A DNA stretch of 64,000 bases from NCBI RefSeq assembly GCF_009914755.1, contig NC_060936.1; one strand, given 5' to 3'. The notes beneath the pieces are model-generated. The model saw only the letters and a list, made by a program, of their open reading frames with translations. It was not told the origin of the DNA and ran no database searches. Positions 1 to 14,100 of the stretch are shown here, piece by piece. The stretch's first letter is position 1. Each line of letters opens with the position of its first letter. A program made the translations under genes and the position numbers. The DNA is from the human T2T-CHM13v2.0 reference genome, Homo sapiens.

Positions 1-372
1 CTCACTCTCAATAATGGATAAAACGACCAGACAAAAAACAAGTAAGAAAATAGAGGACTTGTATAACACAATAAACCAACTAGATCTCACAGATATATAT
101 AGAATATACTAATTAAGAACAACAGAATACACATTCTTCTCAATTGCACAGGGTAATTTTCCAGGATACAGCATATATTAGGTCACAAATTACATCTCAA
201 TAGATTTAGAAAGATAGATATCATACAAAGTATGTTCTACAAATACAAGATAGTTAGAAATAAATAACACAAAGAAACTGGAAGATTAACAAATTCACAA
301 AAATTGAAAAATGCACTCTTAAAATTAAATAACCAGTGTATCAAAGAAGAAATCAGAAAAGAAATTAAAAAG

Positions 373-585
373 TATGGTTAACAGTAGAATATTGTATCTT
401 ACAAAATAGCTAGAAGAGAGGTTTTTGAATGCTGCTGCCACAAAGAAGTAACACATGCATGAGGTGATGGGTACATTACCCTGAATGGATCATTATACAA
501 CATATATATGTATTGAAACATAAAATTGTACCCCAGTAGTAAATATAATTGCAAAGTGTCAACTGTTTAAAATTAATTTAAAAAG
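373..585 (+). mobile_element. L1MA-type 3' end fragment inserted in the older L1
   Basis: AAAATAGCTAGAAGAGAGGTTTTTGAATG...GAGGTGATGG...ATTGTACCCC matches the L1MA 3' terminus; ends in an A-rich tail. Confidence 0.75.
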
Positions 586-696
586 AGATGCGTCTAATTT
601 CATAAAATGACAAAAACTACCAAAATTTATGAGATATAGCAAAAGCAGTCCTAAAAAGCACATTTATAGCTATAAACATTTACATTAAAAAATAAA

Positions 697-940
697 GAGG
701 CAGGTGGATCACTTCAGCTCAGGAGTTTGAGACCAACATGGACAACATGGCAAAACTCTGTCTCTACCAAAAATACAAAAAAATTCGCCAGGCCTGGTGG
801 TGTAATCATGCCTGTAGTCCCAGCTATTTCGGAGGCTGAGATAAAAAGGATTGCTTGAGCCTGGGAGGTGGAGGTTGCAGTGCGCTGAGATCACTCCACT
901 ACACTCCAGCCTGGGTGACAAAACAGAAAACAAAAAAAAT
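697..940 (+). mobile_element. Alu, 5'-truncated, AluJ-like
   Basis: GAGGCAGGTGGATCAC, AGGAGTTTGAGACC, central A-linker, GGATTGCTTGAGCCTGGGAGG (J-like), A tail. Confidence 0.9.
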
Positions 941-1329
941 AAGAAAGATCTCAAATGAACAAACTAAGTTGACAACTTAAGGTACTATAAAAAAAGGAGA
1001 AACTAAACCCAAAGCTAGCAGAAGGAGGGAAATAATAAAGATTATAGCAGAAATAAATAAAATGGAGAATAGAAAAACATTGGATAAAATGAATGAAGCC
1101 AAAAGTCAGCTCTTCAAAAGAGTTAACAAAAATTGGCTAAGCTTTAACTAGATTAACTAAGGAAAAAAATACGAATCTCAGAAATATAAGAGATTATAAG
1201 AGAGTACTATTAACAGTTATATGCCAACAAATTGGATAACCTAGATAAAATAAACAACTTCCTAGAAACACCCAGTCAACGTAATACACCATATCAGCAG
1301 AATGAAGGAAAATAAACCACATGATCATC

Positions 1330-1935
1330 TGATATATGATAATGTTTTGTGATCCCAAATTTCTCAAAATGGAGTCACTTATGATAAGTGACTCAGCCTA
1401 AAGTGAAATTACTGACCCCTCAAAGTGATGTGCACATGTATGGTAGACTGAGGTTCTAAGATAACATCTGCTGTGGACAGACACCCCCAAGGCTTGACAA
1501 GAAAGCAAGGCAACTGAGATCATGGCTATGGACATTCCTGCAGAGGGTCATAAAAGCTTCACATAAATTGACCACGGCCTAGATGCCTGCAGAAGCTCTT
1601 GGTGGGGGGAGAACTGTGAAGCCTCTTTTCTATGGGCAGTGGCTGCTGGAAGTTCTGCTGAGCACTTGCCTCCCTACATCTCCAAGCTACTCCCTGTGAT
1701 TGGTTCTCCCTCTCTCTTATTACTGCCTATGTGTGTTAAATAATGTATGTACACCTATATATTTGTATGTATGTTGTATACCAATAATGCCTATGTATAA
1801 TTTGCATGTTTGTTGGCTTCTGACAGCCTCAGAATAAACCATGAATTCAAAAGCATTTAATTGGCCATGGAGTCATTATAAAACCTCTGGCCCTGTGGTC
1901 AGAATTAGCACAGCTAGGCTGATTTGAACCTGACA
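1330..1935 (+). mobile_element. Solo ERV-class LTR (family not certain)
   Basis: TG...CA boundaries (TGATATATG...AACCTGACA), CAAAATGGAGTCACTTATG motif and AATAAA near 1833; interrupts L1 ORF2 with ATCATCT repeated on both sides. Confidence 0.65.
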
Positions 1936-2164
1936 AACTATCATCTCATTTGATGCAAAAAAGAAAGAAAGCTGACAAAATTTAACACGCTCTCCTGATA
2001 AAAACGTGCAACAAAATAGGAATATGACAAAACTACCTCAATATATTAAAAATTATATGTAAAAACCCACAGCAAACATGATGAAAGTTTGAAAAGTTTT
2101 CCTTTAAAATCAGAGACAAGGAAGAATGCCTGCTTTCCCCACTTCTATTCATAGGAAGTCCAAC

Positions 2165-3410
2165 CCAAAGCTACTAGATTCATGCAATACATGAATTTAA
2201 ACACACAATGTTGACCCAGGCAGCTAAACACAAATAATAAACATTTTATTATTCATTCTATAAGTTGTTTAACAAAAGAAAAAAATACATAAAAAGCAAA
2301 TATAGAGACAGAGTTTGAAGTTGGGAAAGTGGCTACTTTGGGGAAGGATGGAGAGGTTGGAGGTGGCATGGGTTTTTGGTGGCGGGCGGCTTTTTACAGT
2401 GCTGGCAATGGTCAATTTTCTAAACTAAAAAGTGGTTACTTGGGTGTATATTTGGTGCTAATTCATTGAGGTGTATATTTACATTTTCTAACACTTCTTT
2501 AGGGGTACTCTACTGCTAAATTAAAAAGAAAATATTCTACCTGCAAAAAAAATTACAAACATCTAGTGACAAAATTGGTAACACAGGTAAACTGCCTATA
2601 TGAAATGAACTATAAAACAAAGTCCAAATATGTTGAGAGATGACCTAAGTTTCAGAATATATAAAGGCATCCTACAAATGATGAAAAACAACTAAAAAGG
2701 AAAAAACATTCATAAAAAGTGGCCAAAAAGATGAATCAGCAATTCAAAAGAGAAACAATAAAATGGATAGAAACGTTTATTTAAAAGCTGTCACCCACAC
2801 TCCAAAGTCACAAAACTCAGGAAAAAGCAAGTTAAAACAACAGAAACATATTTTATTATTCATATTTGGAAAATTTTATAAAATACCTATAATATTCAGA
2901 TCTAGTTACATGAGAAACTTTTTTTAACCACATTGGTCATGGGAGAATGTATAGCTAAAACTTATTTTAAAATAATCTGGCATTATCTAGTATAATTAAA
3001 GTTCCATAAGCCTTTTATTTGACTGTACTGAAATGACAGCACTATATATAAAAATACACATACAAGATTTTTGTTTGTTTGCACCATTGCTTATAATGAC
3101 AAGAATTGGGAACAATCTGAGAGTCCATTATTAATGGAATATTTTTTGTCTATTCATCTGAAGGGCTGTCCATAATACATTACAAAATGAGAATAAAAAA
3201 TTGCAAAAAGAAACCATGGTAGTATATTGGTTCTGTAAAAAAACATTGCCACACAGTCCCATTTATCTATATAATAGTTTGTAAAAGACACGAATCTGTT
3301 ATTCTCAGGCATATTGCAGTGAAGGAGGCTGGGAGTCAGCTGGAGATATTTTTTAAAACTTGTTTTCTTCCTCTTCATTTGTTACAATGAGCAAGTGTTT
3401 ACATTTCTTA
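2165..3410 (+). mobile_element. Highly diverged L1ME/L1MC-type 3' fragments
   Basis: GGTTACTTGGGTGTATATTTG...ATTCATTGAG and GAATTGGGAACAATCTGAGAGTCCAT resemble ancient L1 3' sequence. Confidence 0.5.
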
Positions 3411-4170
3411 AAACTAAGACTATTTAACAAGAAAAATGTTTACTTCATGGATCAAATAGATGGCACTTTTCTTTCTTTTCCATGTAACCTCATTCTTTCA
3501 GCTTCACTGATTTAGAGCTCCTGATACCAGTTGTTTCCTGTCGACTTCATTAACTTCCCTTGAAACCGATCTAACCATGCCAGCTTTTCTTTTATTATAA
3601 TAGGTATTTACATCCTACAACTATTTAAGACATGTTAAGATGGCTCTGCAGCCCATGTTTAAAAGGGAATTCTGGTAAATCCTTTCCACTTACAACACTT
3701 TTATCCGCTAATTTGCTGTAGTTCATTGCTCTACTTTTGTTTACTTAAATATTTAATCTAGGTTCTTTATACTTTGCCAGCACCCAAAGGCACACTTTTC
3801 TCTTGGTGCATTCCAGTTTCCATAGTACTATTTGCTGGCTTGATTCTCTAAGAGACAGTCCTTTTATTGAATTACAAAAATTCTAGATTTAACCCAAGAT
3901 AAATGTTGAATATTGCTTGGGGTCCTGGAAAACATTAGATGCTCTGTAAAAGAGTGGCCCTACCTCCAAGTTAAAAGCAGCCTGTTTGAACTTTCAAATA
4001 CACATTCCACTTCAGTGTACTCTGTCACCATAAGATTTCTGTACCCTGGGCTCACCTTGACAACCTAAATCCTATGCTTACTGGATCAGCTGCTTTCCTC
4101 TGGGAATTCAAGTAGAATACAGGCTCTGAGATCACCCATTTTTCTCTTTCTGAAAGCAGTATTATTATTT

Positions 4171-7100
4171 CCTTTCTATTTTTTCTTTCCAACTTTTATT
4201 TTAGGTTAAAGGGGTACATGTACAGGTTTGTTAGGTGGATAAATTTTATGTCATGGGTGTTTGATGTACATATAATTTTGTCACCCAGGTAGTCGGCATA
4301 ATACCCAATATGTAGTTTTTAAATCCTAACCCTCCTTCCACCCTCCACCTTCAAATAGGCCCCAGTTTCTATTGTACCCTTCTTTGTGTCCCTGTGTACT
4401 CACTGTTTAGCTCCCACTTATAAGTAAGAACATGCACTATTTGGTTTTCTGTTCCTGTATTAATTCACTTTGGATTATGGCCTCCAGCTCCATCCATGTT
4501 GCTGCAAAGGTCATAATCTCGTTTTTTTAATACCCACGTCATATTCCATGGTGTATATATACCACATTTTCTTTATCCAGTCCACCATTAATGGGCATCT
4601 AGGTCAATTCCATGTCTTTGCTATTGTGAATAGTGTTTCAGTGAAGATACTTGTGAATGTGTCTTTATCGTAGAACGATTTATATTCCTTTGAGTATATA
4701 CCCAGTAAGAGAATTGCTGGGTTGAATGGCAGTTCTATTTTAAGTCCTTTGAGAAATCTCCAGACTGCATTCCACAGCAGCTAAACTAGTTTGCATTCCC
4801 ACCGGCAGTGTATACATTTTCCTTTTCCTACACCACCTCACCAGCATCTGTTATTTTTTGACTTTTTAATAACAGCCATTCTGACTGGTGAGACATGGTA
4901 TCTCATTGTGGTTTTGATTTGCATTTCCCTAATGATTAGTGATAGTGAACATGTTTTCATATGCTGTTGGCCATATTTATGTCATCTTTTGAGAAGTGGC
5001 TGTTCATGTCCTTTACCCATTTCTTAATGGAGTTGTTCATTTTTTGTTAATCTGTTTCAGTTCCTTAAGATTCTAGATATTAGACTTTTGTCAGATGCAT
5101 AGTTTTCAAATATTTTCTCACATTCTGTATGCTATTTTGCTCCTTTGATAGTTTGTTTGGCTGTGCATAGCTCTTTAGTTTAATTAGGTCCCACTTGTCA
5201 ATTTTGGTTTTGTTTGCAATTGCTTTTGGCATCTTCATTATGAAATCTTTGCCAGTTCCTATGTCCGGAATGGTATTTCCTGGTTTCATTCTAGGGTCTT
5301 TGTAGTTTTAGGTTTTACATTTAACTCTTTTATCCACCTTGAGTTGATTTTTGTATATGGCAAAAGGTAGGGGTCCAGTTTCCATCTTCTACAAATGGCT
5401 AGCCAGCTATCCCAGCACCAGTTATTGAATGGGGATTCCTTTCCCTGTTGCTTGCTTTTGTAAGCATTGTTGAAGATCAGATGGTTTTATTTGTCAAAGA
5501 TCAACAGCTGTATTTCCAGATTCTCTAACGTGTTCCATTGGTCTATGTGTCGGTTAGTGTCGTCCTGTAGTATAGTTTGAAGTTGGGTACTGTGATGCCT
5601 CCAGCTTTGATCTTTTTACTTAGCATTTCTTTGGCTATTTGGGCTCTTCTTTGGTTCCAAATAAGTTTTATATATTTTTTCTAATTCCGTGAAAATGTCA
5701 TTGGTAGTTTGATAGGAATAGCATTGAATCTGTAAATTGCTTTGGGCACTTTAGCCATTTTAACAATACTGGTTCTTGCTACCCATAAGCATGGAATGTT
5801 TTTCCCTTTGTGTTGTCTCTAATTTCTTGGAGTAGTGTTTTGTAATTCTCATTGTAGAGGTCTTTCACCTCCCTGGTTAGCTGTATCCATAAATATTTTT
5901 TTGTTTGTGGGTTTTGTGAATGGGATTGCATTCTTGATTTGGCTGTCAACTTGGATGTTATTTGTGTTAGAAATGCTACTGATTTTTGTACATTGATTTT
6001 GTATCCTGAAACTTAGCTAAAGTTGTTTATTAGATCTAGGAGTCTTTGGGTAGAGACTATGGGATTTTTTTTTAAGGTATAGTATCATATCATCTGTGAA
6101 GACAAATAGTTTTACTTCCTCTCCTCCTATTTGAATGCCTTTTATTTTCTTCTCTTGCCTGATACTCTGGCTAGTGCTTCCAGTACTATGCCGAATACGT
6201 ATGGTGACAGTGGACTTCCTAGTCATGTTCTGGTTCTCAAGAAAAATGCTTTCACCTTTTGACCATTAACTATGATGCTGGCTGTGGGTTTGTCAGAGAT
6301 AGCTCTTACTATTTTGAGGTATATGCTTTCAATGGCTAGTTTGTTGAGGGTTTTTAACATGAAGCAATGTTAAATGTTATCAAAAGCATTTTCTGCATCT
6401 ATTGAGATTATCATGTGGTTTTTGTTTCTAGGTCTGTTTATGGGATGAGCTACATTTATTGATTTTTGTACACTGAAATAACCTCACACCCAAGGAATAA
6501 AGTCTACTTAATCAAGGTGGATTGACTTTTTGATGAACTGCTTGATTTGGTTTGCTAGTGTTTTACTGAGGCTTTTTGCATCTATGTTAATCAGGAATAT
6601 TGGTCTGAAGTTTTCTTTCTCATTGTTTCTGTGCCAGATTTTGGTATCACAATGATGCTGGCTTCATAGAATGAGTTAGAGAGGACGCCCTCCTCTTCAA
6701 TTTTTTGGAGTAGTTTCAGTAGGATTGGTACCAGCTCTTTTTTATACATCTGGTAGAATTTGTCTGTGAATCCATCTGGTCCAGGGTTGTTTTCTTTTTT
6801 AATTAGTAGGTTTTTAATTACTGATTCAATATCAGGACTCATTATTCATCTGTTCTTATATTCAATTTCTTCCTGGTTCAATCTCAAAAGGTGAAATATT
6901 TCCAAGAATTTATCCATTTCATTTAAGTTTTCTAGTTTGTGGGCAAAGAGGTGTTGGCAACAGTCTCTGAGTGCTTTTTCTATTTCTTTGGGGTCAGTGA
7001 TTATGTCTTTTGTCATTTCTGATTGTGTTTATTTGGATCTTCCCCCTTTTTTCTTTATTAGTATAGCTAATGGTCTATCAATCTTTTTTTTTCTTTCAAA

Positions 7101-7308
7101 GAACCAACTTTTGGTTTCACTGATCTTTTGTATGGTTTTTCTTATCTCCGTTTCATTAAGTTCAGATCTGATTTGGTTGTTTCTTTTCTTCTGCTACCTT
7201 TGATGTTGGTTTGCTCTTGTTTTGAAGTTCCTTGAGGTATGATGGTCACTAATCTGAAATTTTTCTAACTTTTTGATGTGGGTGTTTACCACTATAAACT
7301 TTTCTCTT
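4171..7308 (-). mobile_element. L1PA15/16-type element, 3' UTR and ORF2 (first part of the outer host L1)
   Basis: Poly-T then AACTTTTATTTTAGGTT..GGGGTACATGTACAGGTTTG; minus-strand ORF fragments 5080-5289, 6017-6226 and 6591-6842 ([24 protein letters not shown]) are L1 ORF2p. Confidence 0.92.
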
Positions 7309-7318
7309 GGGGGAAAGG

Positions 7319-7330
7319 CCAAGATGGCTG
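7319..7330 (+). promoter_or_regulatory. YY1-type motif at the 5' end of the L1 internal promoter
   Basis: CCAAGATGGC about 10 nt from the element start, the canonical L1 YY1 position; most 5' UTR CpGs have decayed. Confidence 0.6.
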
Positions 7331-10300
7331 AGTAGAAACAGCTCTGGTCTGCAGCTCCCACTGAGAAGAATGAAAATCGTGAGTGACTTCTGCATTTTCA
7401 ACTGATGTACCCAGGTTCTCTCATTGAGACTGATTAGATGGTTGGCGCGACCCATGGAGAGTGAGAAAAAGCAGGGTGGAGTGACACCCCACCTGGGAGC
7501 TGCAGGAGACAAAAAGATCTCCCTCCCCCAGCCAAGGGAGGCAGTGAGTGATTGTGTGCTACCCCACCGGGGAAACCATGATTTTCCCACAGATCTTTGC
7601 AACCCATGGATCAGGAGATCTCCCTGTAAGCCCACACTACTAGGGCCTTGGGTCCCAAGCACAGAGATGTGCAGACTCACAGCAGCCACTCAGGTCAGTG
7701 GCAAATCTGGCAGGCACTGAGAATGCAGGGATTTTTGTAGACTTTAGCTCCAGGAACTCCAGTGAGACCACAGAGCTGTCCACTCCTGTAGGAAGGGGGC
7801 TGAAGACAGGGAGCCAAGCTGCCTCACTCAGTTGGCCCCACTCCAATAAAAGCCCTCAAGCTAAGACCCACTGGCTTGGAATCCCCACTGGCCAGTGCAG
7901 CAGGCTGTAGACTGCTTAAGACAACCGAGTTTCTGTTGGGAGGGAAAGCCACCATCACTGTGGCTCCATTCAGCCATTTTCCAATGCTGGTGCCAGCTAT
8001 ACTGGGTGGTTTCGTCTGGGAGGAATTCCACACAGTGCAGCACAGTGACTATGACAGATCATGTCCAGACTGCCTCTTTAAGTAGGACCCCAGCCTATCC
8101 TCTCTCACTGGGCAGGGCCTCCCTGCAGGAATTTCAGCATCTCCAGCCAGGGGTTTAAGGACAGAACTCTGATCTCCTTGGGATAAGCCCCTAAGGGAAG
8201 GGGCAGCCAAGGTATCTGGGAATTAGCAGTCTTAGTCTTCTCTTCCTGCTAGCTCCAGAGAGTCAGGGCAGTCCAAAAGAGGAGGATTCCCCCCAATTCA
8301 GCATACCTGCTCTGCCAAGGGGCAGCCAGACTACTTATTTAAGTGGGTCTCTGATCCCATTCCTTCTGACTGGATGAGACTTCCCATTAAGGGTCTCCAG
8401 GCATGTTATACAGGAGTATTCCTGCTGGCATCAGGTTGGTGCCCCTCTGGGATGATGGAGCTCCCAGAGGAAGGAGCAGACAGCCATCTTTGCTGTTCTG
8501 CAGCATCCAGTGGTGATACCTCCAGGTGCAGGAGGGACCCAGGTGAATAAAGTCTGGAGTGGACCACCCCAGCAAACTGCAGTGGCCCTACGGAAGAGAA
8601 GTCTGAGTGCTAAAAGAAAAACAGAAAGCAACAACAACAAAATCAATGGAAATAGTCCCACAAATATCCCAGCCAAAGGTCAACAGCCTCAAAGATTGAA
8701 GGTAGATAAACCCAAGAAGATGAGAAAGAATCAATGCAAAAACACTGAAAACTCAAAAAGCCAGAGTGCCTCTTCTCCTTCAAATGATTATAACACCTCT
8801 CCAGCAAGGCCACAGATCTGGGCTGAGGCTGAGATGGATGAATTGACAGAAGGAGGCTTCAGGAGGTGAGTAATAGTGGACTTTGCTGAGCTAAAGGAGC
8901 ATGTTCTAACCCAATGCAAAGAAAGTAAGAACCATGGTAAAACATCACAGGAACTGTTAACCAGAATAACCAGTTTAGAGAGGAACATCAATGACTTGAT
9001 GAAAGTGCAGCTTTGTTCACAATGCAAATACAAGTGTCAGTAGGTGAATACACCAAGCGAAAGAAAGACTATAAGAGCTTGAAGATTAACTTGGTGAAAT
9101 AAGGCAGGCAGACAAGATGAGAGAAAAAAAATGAAAAGGTACTAACAAAACCTTCAATAACTATGGGAATATGTTAAAAGACCAAACCTCCAACTGATTG
9201 AAGTCCCTAAAATAGATGAGGAGAATGAAACCAAGTTGGAAAACATACTTCAGGATATCATCCAGGAGAAATCTCTAATCTAACAAGACAGGCCAACATT
9301 CAAATTCAGAAAATCCAGGGAACCACAGTAAGATACTCCATGAGAAGATCAACTCCAAGACACATAATCATAGATTCTCCAAGGTCAAAATGAAGGAAAA
9401 AATGTTAAGGGCAGCCAGAGAAAAAGGCCAGGTCACCTATAAAGAGATGCTCATCAGACTAACAGCAGACTTCTCAGTGGAAACCCTACAAGCAAGAAGA
9501 GATTGGGGACCAATAATCAACATTCTTAAATAAAAGAATTTCCAACACAGAAGTTTGTATCTGGCCAAACTAGCTTCATAAGTGAAATCCTTTTCAGACA
9601 AGCAAACGCTGAGGGAATTCATCACCACCAGGCCTGCCTTGCAAGATTTTCTGAAGAAAACACTAAATATGGAAAGGAAAAACTGTTACCAGCCACTACA
9701 GAAACACACTGAAGTACCCAGACCAATGACACTATAAAGCAACTACATAGACAAATATGCAAAATAACCAGCTAGCATCATGATGACAGTATGAAATTTA
9801 CACATAACACAATTAACCTTAAATGTAAATGGGCTAAATACCTCCAATTAAAAGACACAGAATGGAAAGCTGGATAAAGAGTCAAGACCCATTGGCGTGC
9901 TGTATTTAAGCGACCCATCTCACGTGCAAAAACACATAAGGACTCAAAATAAGGAGATGGAGAAAAATTTACCAAGCAAATGGAAAACAGAAAAAAGCAG
10001 GGGTTGCAATCTTAGTTTCTGACAAAAAAGGCCTTAAACCAACAAAGATTTAAAAAGACAAAGAAGGGCATTAAATAATTGTAAAGCATTTAATTAAATA
10101 AGAACTAACTACCCTAAATATATATACACCCAATACAAAAGCACCCAGATTCATAAAACAAATTCTTTGAGACCTGAAAAAAGACTTAGACTCCCACACA
10201 ATAAAAGCGGGAGATGTTAACACCCCACTGACAATATTAGAAACATCGAGGCAATATTTTTTTTCTGTTATGAAGAGTTTTTTACTTTAAGTTCTGGGAT

Positions 10301-10674
10301 ACATTTGCAGAACAGGCAGGTTTGTTACGCAGGTATACATGTGCCATGGTGGTTTTCTGTACCTATCAACCCGTCATCTAGGTTTAAGCCCTGCATGCAT
10401 TAGGTATTTGTCCTAATGCTCTCCATCCCATTGCCACCCACCCTCCGACAGATCCCTGTGTGTAATGTTCCCCTCTCTGTGTCCATGTGTTCTCATTGTC
10501 CCGCTTATGAGTGAGAACATGTGATGTTTGGTTTTCTGTTCCCGTGTTAGTTTGCTGAGAATGATGGCTTCCAGCTCCATCCCTGTCCCTGCAAAGGACA
10601 TGGACATGAACTCATTATTTTTTATGGCTGCATAGTATTCCAAGGTGTCCAAGGTGTATATGTGATACATTTTC

Positions 10675-11181
<507 letters not shown>

Positions 11182-14100
11182 TAAATAGTGCTGCAATAAA
11201 TATACGTGTGTATGTGTCTTTATAGTAGAATGATTTATAATTTTTTGGGTGTATACCCAGTAATGGGATTGCCGAGTCAAATGGTATTTCTTGTTCTAGA
11301 TCCTTGAGGAATTGCCACATTGTCTTCCACAATGGTTGAACTAATTTACACTCTCACCAACAGTGTAAAAGCATTCCTATTTCTCCACAGGCTCACCAGC
11401 ATCTGTTGTTTCCTGACTTTTTAATGATTGCCATTCTAACTGGTGTGAGATGGTATCTCATTGTGGTTCTGATTTGCATTTCTCTAATGACCAGTGATGA
11501 TGAGACTTTTTTCATGTTTGTTGGCCGCATAAACGTCTTCTTTTGAGAAGTGTCTGTTCATGTCCTTCAGCCACTTTTTGATGGGGTTGTTTTTTTTCTT
11601 GTAAATCTGTTTAAGTTCCTTGTAGATTCTGGATATTAGACTTTTGTCGGATGGGTAGGTTGCAAAATTTTTCCCCCATTCTGTAGGTTGCCTGTTCACT
11701 CTGATGATAGTTTCTTTGCTGTGCAGAAGCTCTTTAGTTTAATTAGATCCCATTTGTCAATTTTTGCTTTTGTTGCAATTGCTTTTGGCATATTCATCAT
11801 GAAATCTTTGCCTATGCCTATGGCCATAACGGTATTGTCTAGGTTTTCTTCTAGGGTTTTTATGATTTTGTGTTTTACATTTAAGTCTTTAATTCATCTT
11901 CAGTTAATTTTTCTATAAAATGTAAGGAAGCGTTCTAGTTTCTGTTTTCTGCATATGGCTAGCCAGTTCTCCCAGCTCCATTTATTAGTTAGGGAATCCC
12001 TTCCCCATTGATTGTTTTTGTCAGGTTTGTCAGAGATCAGATGGTTGTAGATGTGTGATATTATTTCGGAGGTCTCTGTTCTGTTCCATTGATCTATATA
12101 TCTGTTTTGGTACCAGTACCATGCTGTTTTGATTACTGTAGCCTTGTAGTATAGTTTGAAGTCAGGTAGCATGATGCCTCTAGCTTTATTCTTTTTGCTT
12201 AGGATTGTCTTGGCTCTATGGGCTCTTTTTTGGTTCCATATGAAATTTAAAGTACTGTTTTCTAATTCTTCAAAGAAATTCGATGGTAGCTTGGTGGGAA
12301 TAGCATTGAATCTATAAATTACTTTGGGCAGTATGGCCATTTTCATGATATTGATTCTTCCTATCCATAAGCATGCAATTTTTTTCCATTTGTGTCAAGG
12401 CAGAAAAATTAACAAAGATGTTCAGGAATTAAAATCAACTGTAGATCAAGTGGATCTGATAGATATCTACAGAACTCTCCACCTCAGAACAACAGAATAT
12501 ACATTATTATTGGCACCACATGGCACTTACTCTAAAATTGATCATATAATTGGAAGTAAAACAGTCTTCAGCAAATGGAAAAGAACTGAAATCATAACAA
12601 ACAGTGTCTCAGACCACAGCACAATCAAATTAGAACTCAAGATTAAGAACCTCACACAAAACCACACAACTACATGGAAATTGAAAATCTGCTCCCAAAT
12701 GACTCGTGAGTAAGTAATTAAATTAAGACAGGAATCAAGAAGTTCTTTTAAACTAATGAGAACAAAGAGACAATGTACCAGAACCTCTGGGATGCAGCTA
12801 AGCAGTATTAAAAGGGAAATTTATAGCACTAACTGCACATATCAAAAGCTAGAAAGATCTCAAATCAACACCCTAATATCACAACTGAAAAAACTAGAGA
12901 ATCAAGAGTAAATGAACCCCAAAGCTAGCAGAAGACAAGAAATAACTAAGCTCAGAGCAGAACTAAAGGAGACAGAGACATAAAAAACCCTTCAAAAAAA
13001 TCAACAAACCCAAGAGGTGTTTTTTGAAAACATTAATAAAACAGACCTCTAGCTAGACTAATAAAGAAGAAAAGAGAGAAGAATAAAATAAACATAATAA
13101 ACATAAAAAAAGGGATATCACCACTGAACACAAAGAAATACAAACAACCATTAGAGTACTATAAACATCTCTATGCAAATAAACTAGAAAATCCAGAAGA
13201 AATGAATAAATTTCTGGACACATACAGCCTCCCAAGACTGAACCAGGAAGGAATTGAATCCCTGAATAGACCAATAACAAGTTCTGAAATTGAGACAGTA
13301 ATAAGTAGACTGACAACCAAAAACAGCCCTGGACCAGATAGATTTACAGCTCTATTCTATCAGAAGTACAACTATTCCAAATAATTAAAAAGAAGGGACT
13401 CTTCCCTACTCATTTTATGAGGCCAGCATCATTCTGATACCAAAACCTCGCAGAGAAACAACAACAAAAAACTTCAGGCCAATATTCCTGATTAACATTA
13501 ATCCAAAAATCCTCAATAAAATACTGACAAACTGAATCCAGCTAATCCAGGACAATCAAATTGGCTTCATCCCTGAGATGCCAGGCTGGTTCACATACAC
13601 AAATAAATAAACATAATACATCACATAAACAGAACTAAAGAAAAAAAACAAATGATTATCTCAATAGATGCAGAAAAGACCTTCAATAAAATTTAACTTC
13701 ATTTCATGTTAAAAACTCTCAAAAACTAGGAACTGAAGAAGCATACCTCAAAATAATAAGAGACATTTATGACAAACCCACAGTCAATATCATTCTGAAT
13801 GAGCAAAAGCTGGAAGCATTCCCCTTGAAATCTGGCACAAGACAAGGATGCCCTCTCTCACCACTCCTGTTCAACATAGTTTTCAAAGTTCCAGTTAGGG
13901 CAATCAGGCAAGATAAAGAAATAAAGCGTATTCAAGTAGGAAAAGACAAATTCAAATTATCATTTTTTGCAGATGACATGATCCTATATCTAGAAAACTC
14001 CATCATCTCAGCTTAAAAGATTCTTAAGCTAATAAGCAACTTCAGCGAAGTGTCAGGATACAAAATCAATGTGCAAAAATCAGAAGCATTGCTATACACA

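Larger units (their letters stand above)
1..2155 (+). mobile_element. Old L1 (L1M-class) ORF2 remnant (EN to RT region), fragmented and interrupted by three later insertions
   Basis: ORF2-like motifs AACAGAATACACATTCTTCTCAA, AAACCCAAAGCTAGCAGAAGG, TATGCCAACAAATTGGATAACCTAGA, AAACCACATGATCATCT and AAAAACCCACAGCAAACAT; many stops and deletions. Confidence 0.85.

Noticed and set aside
709-954. Alu-derived ORFs (also 10662-10901, 27305-27616, 35299-35529, 38038-38262, 42477-42761)
   Set aside because: Typical Alu translations ([17 protein letters not shown]); not genes
3604-3674. Possible 71-nt exon (TAG|...CTG|GTAAAT) with one open frame VFTSYNYLRHVKMALQPMFKREF
   Set aside because: Weak donor, unrecognised peptide and no partner exon
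7249-8676. Multiple overlapping ORFs up to 146 aa (possible ORF0-like)
   Set aside because: They lie in the GC-richer L1 5' UTR where stops are scarce; no recognisable ORF0 sequence
12324-12713. 129-aa ORF with L1 endonuclease motifs
   Set aside because: Chance chimera reading from antisense L1PA8 across the insertion junction into a broken ORF2
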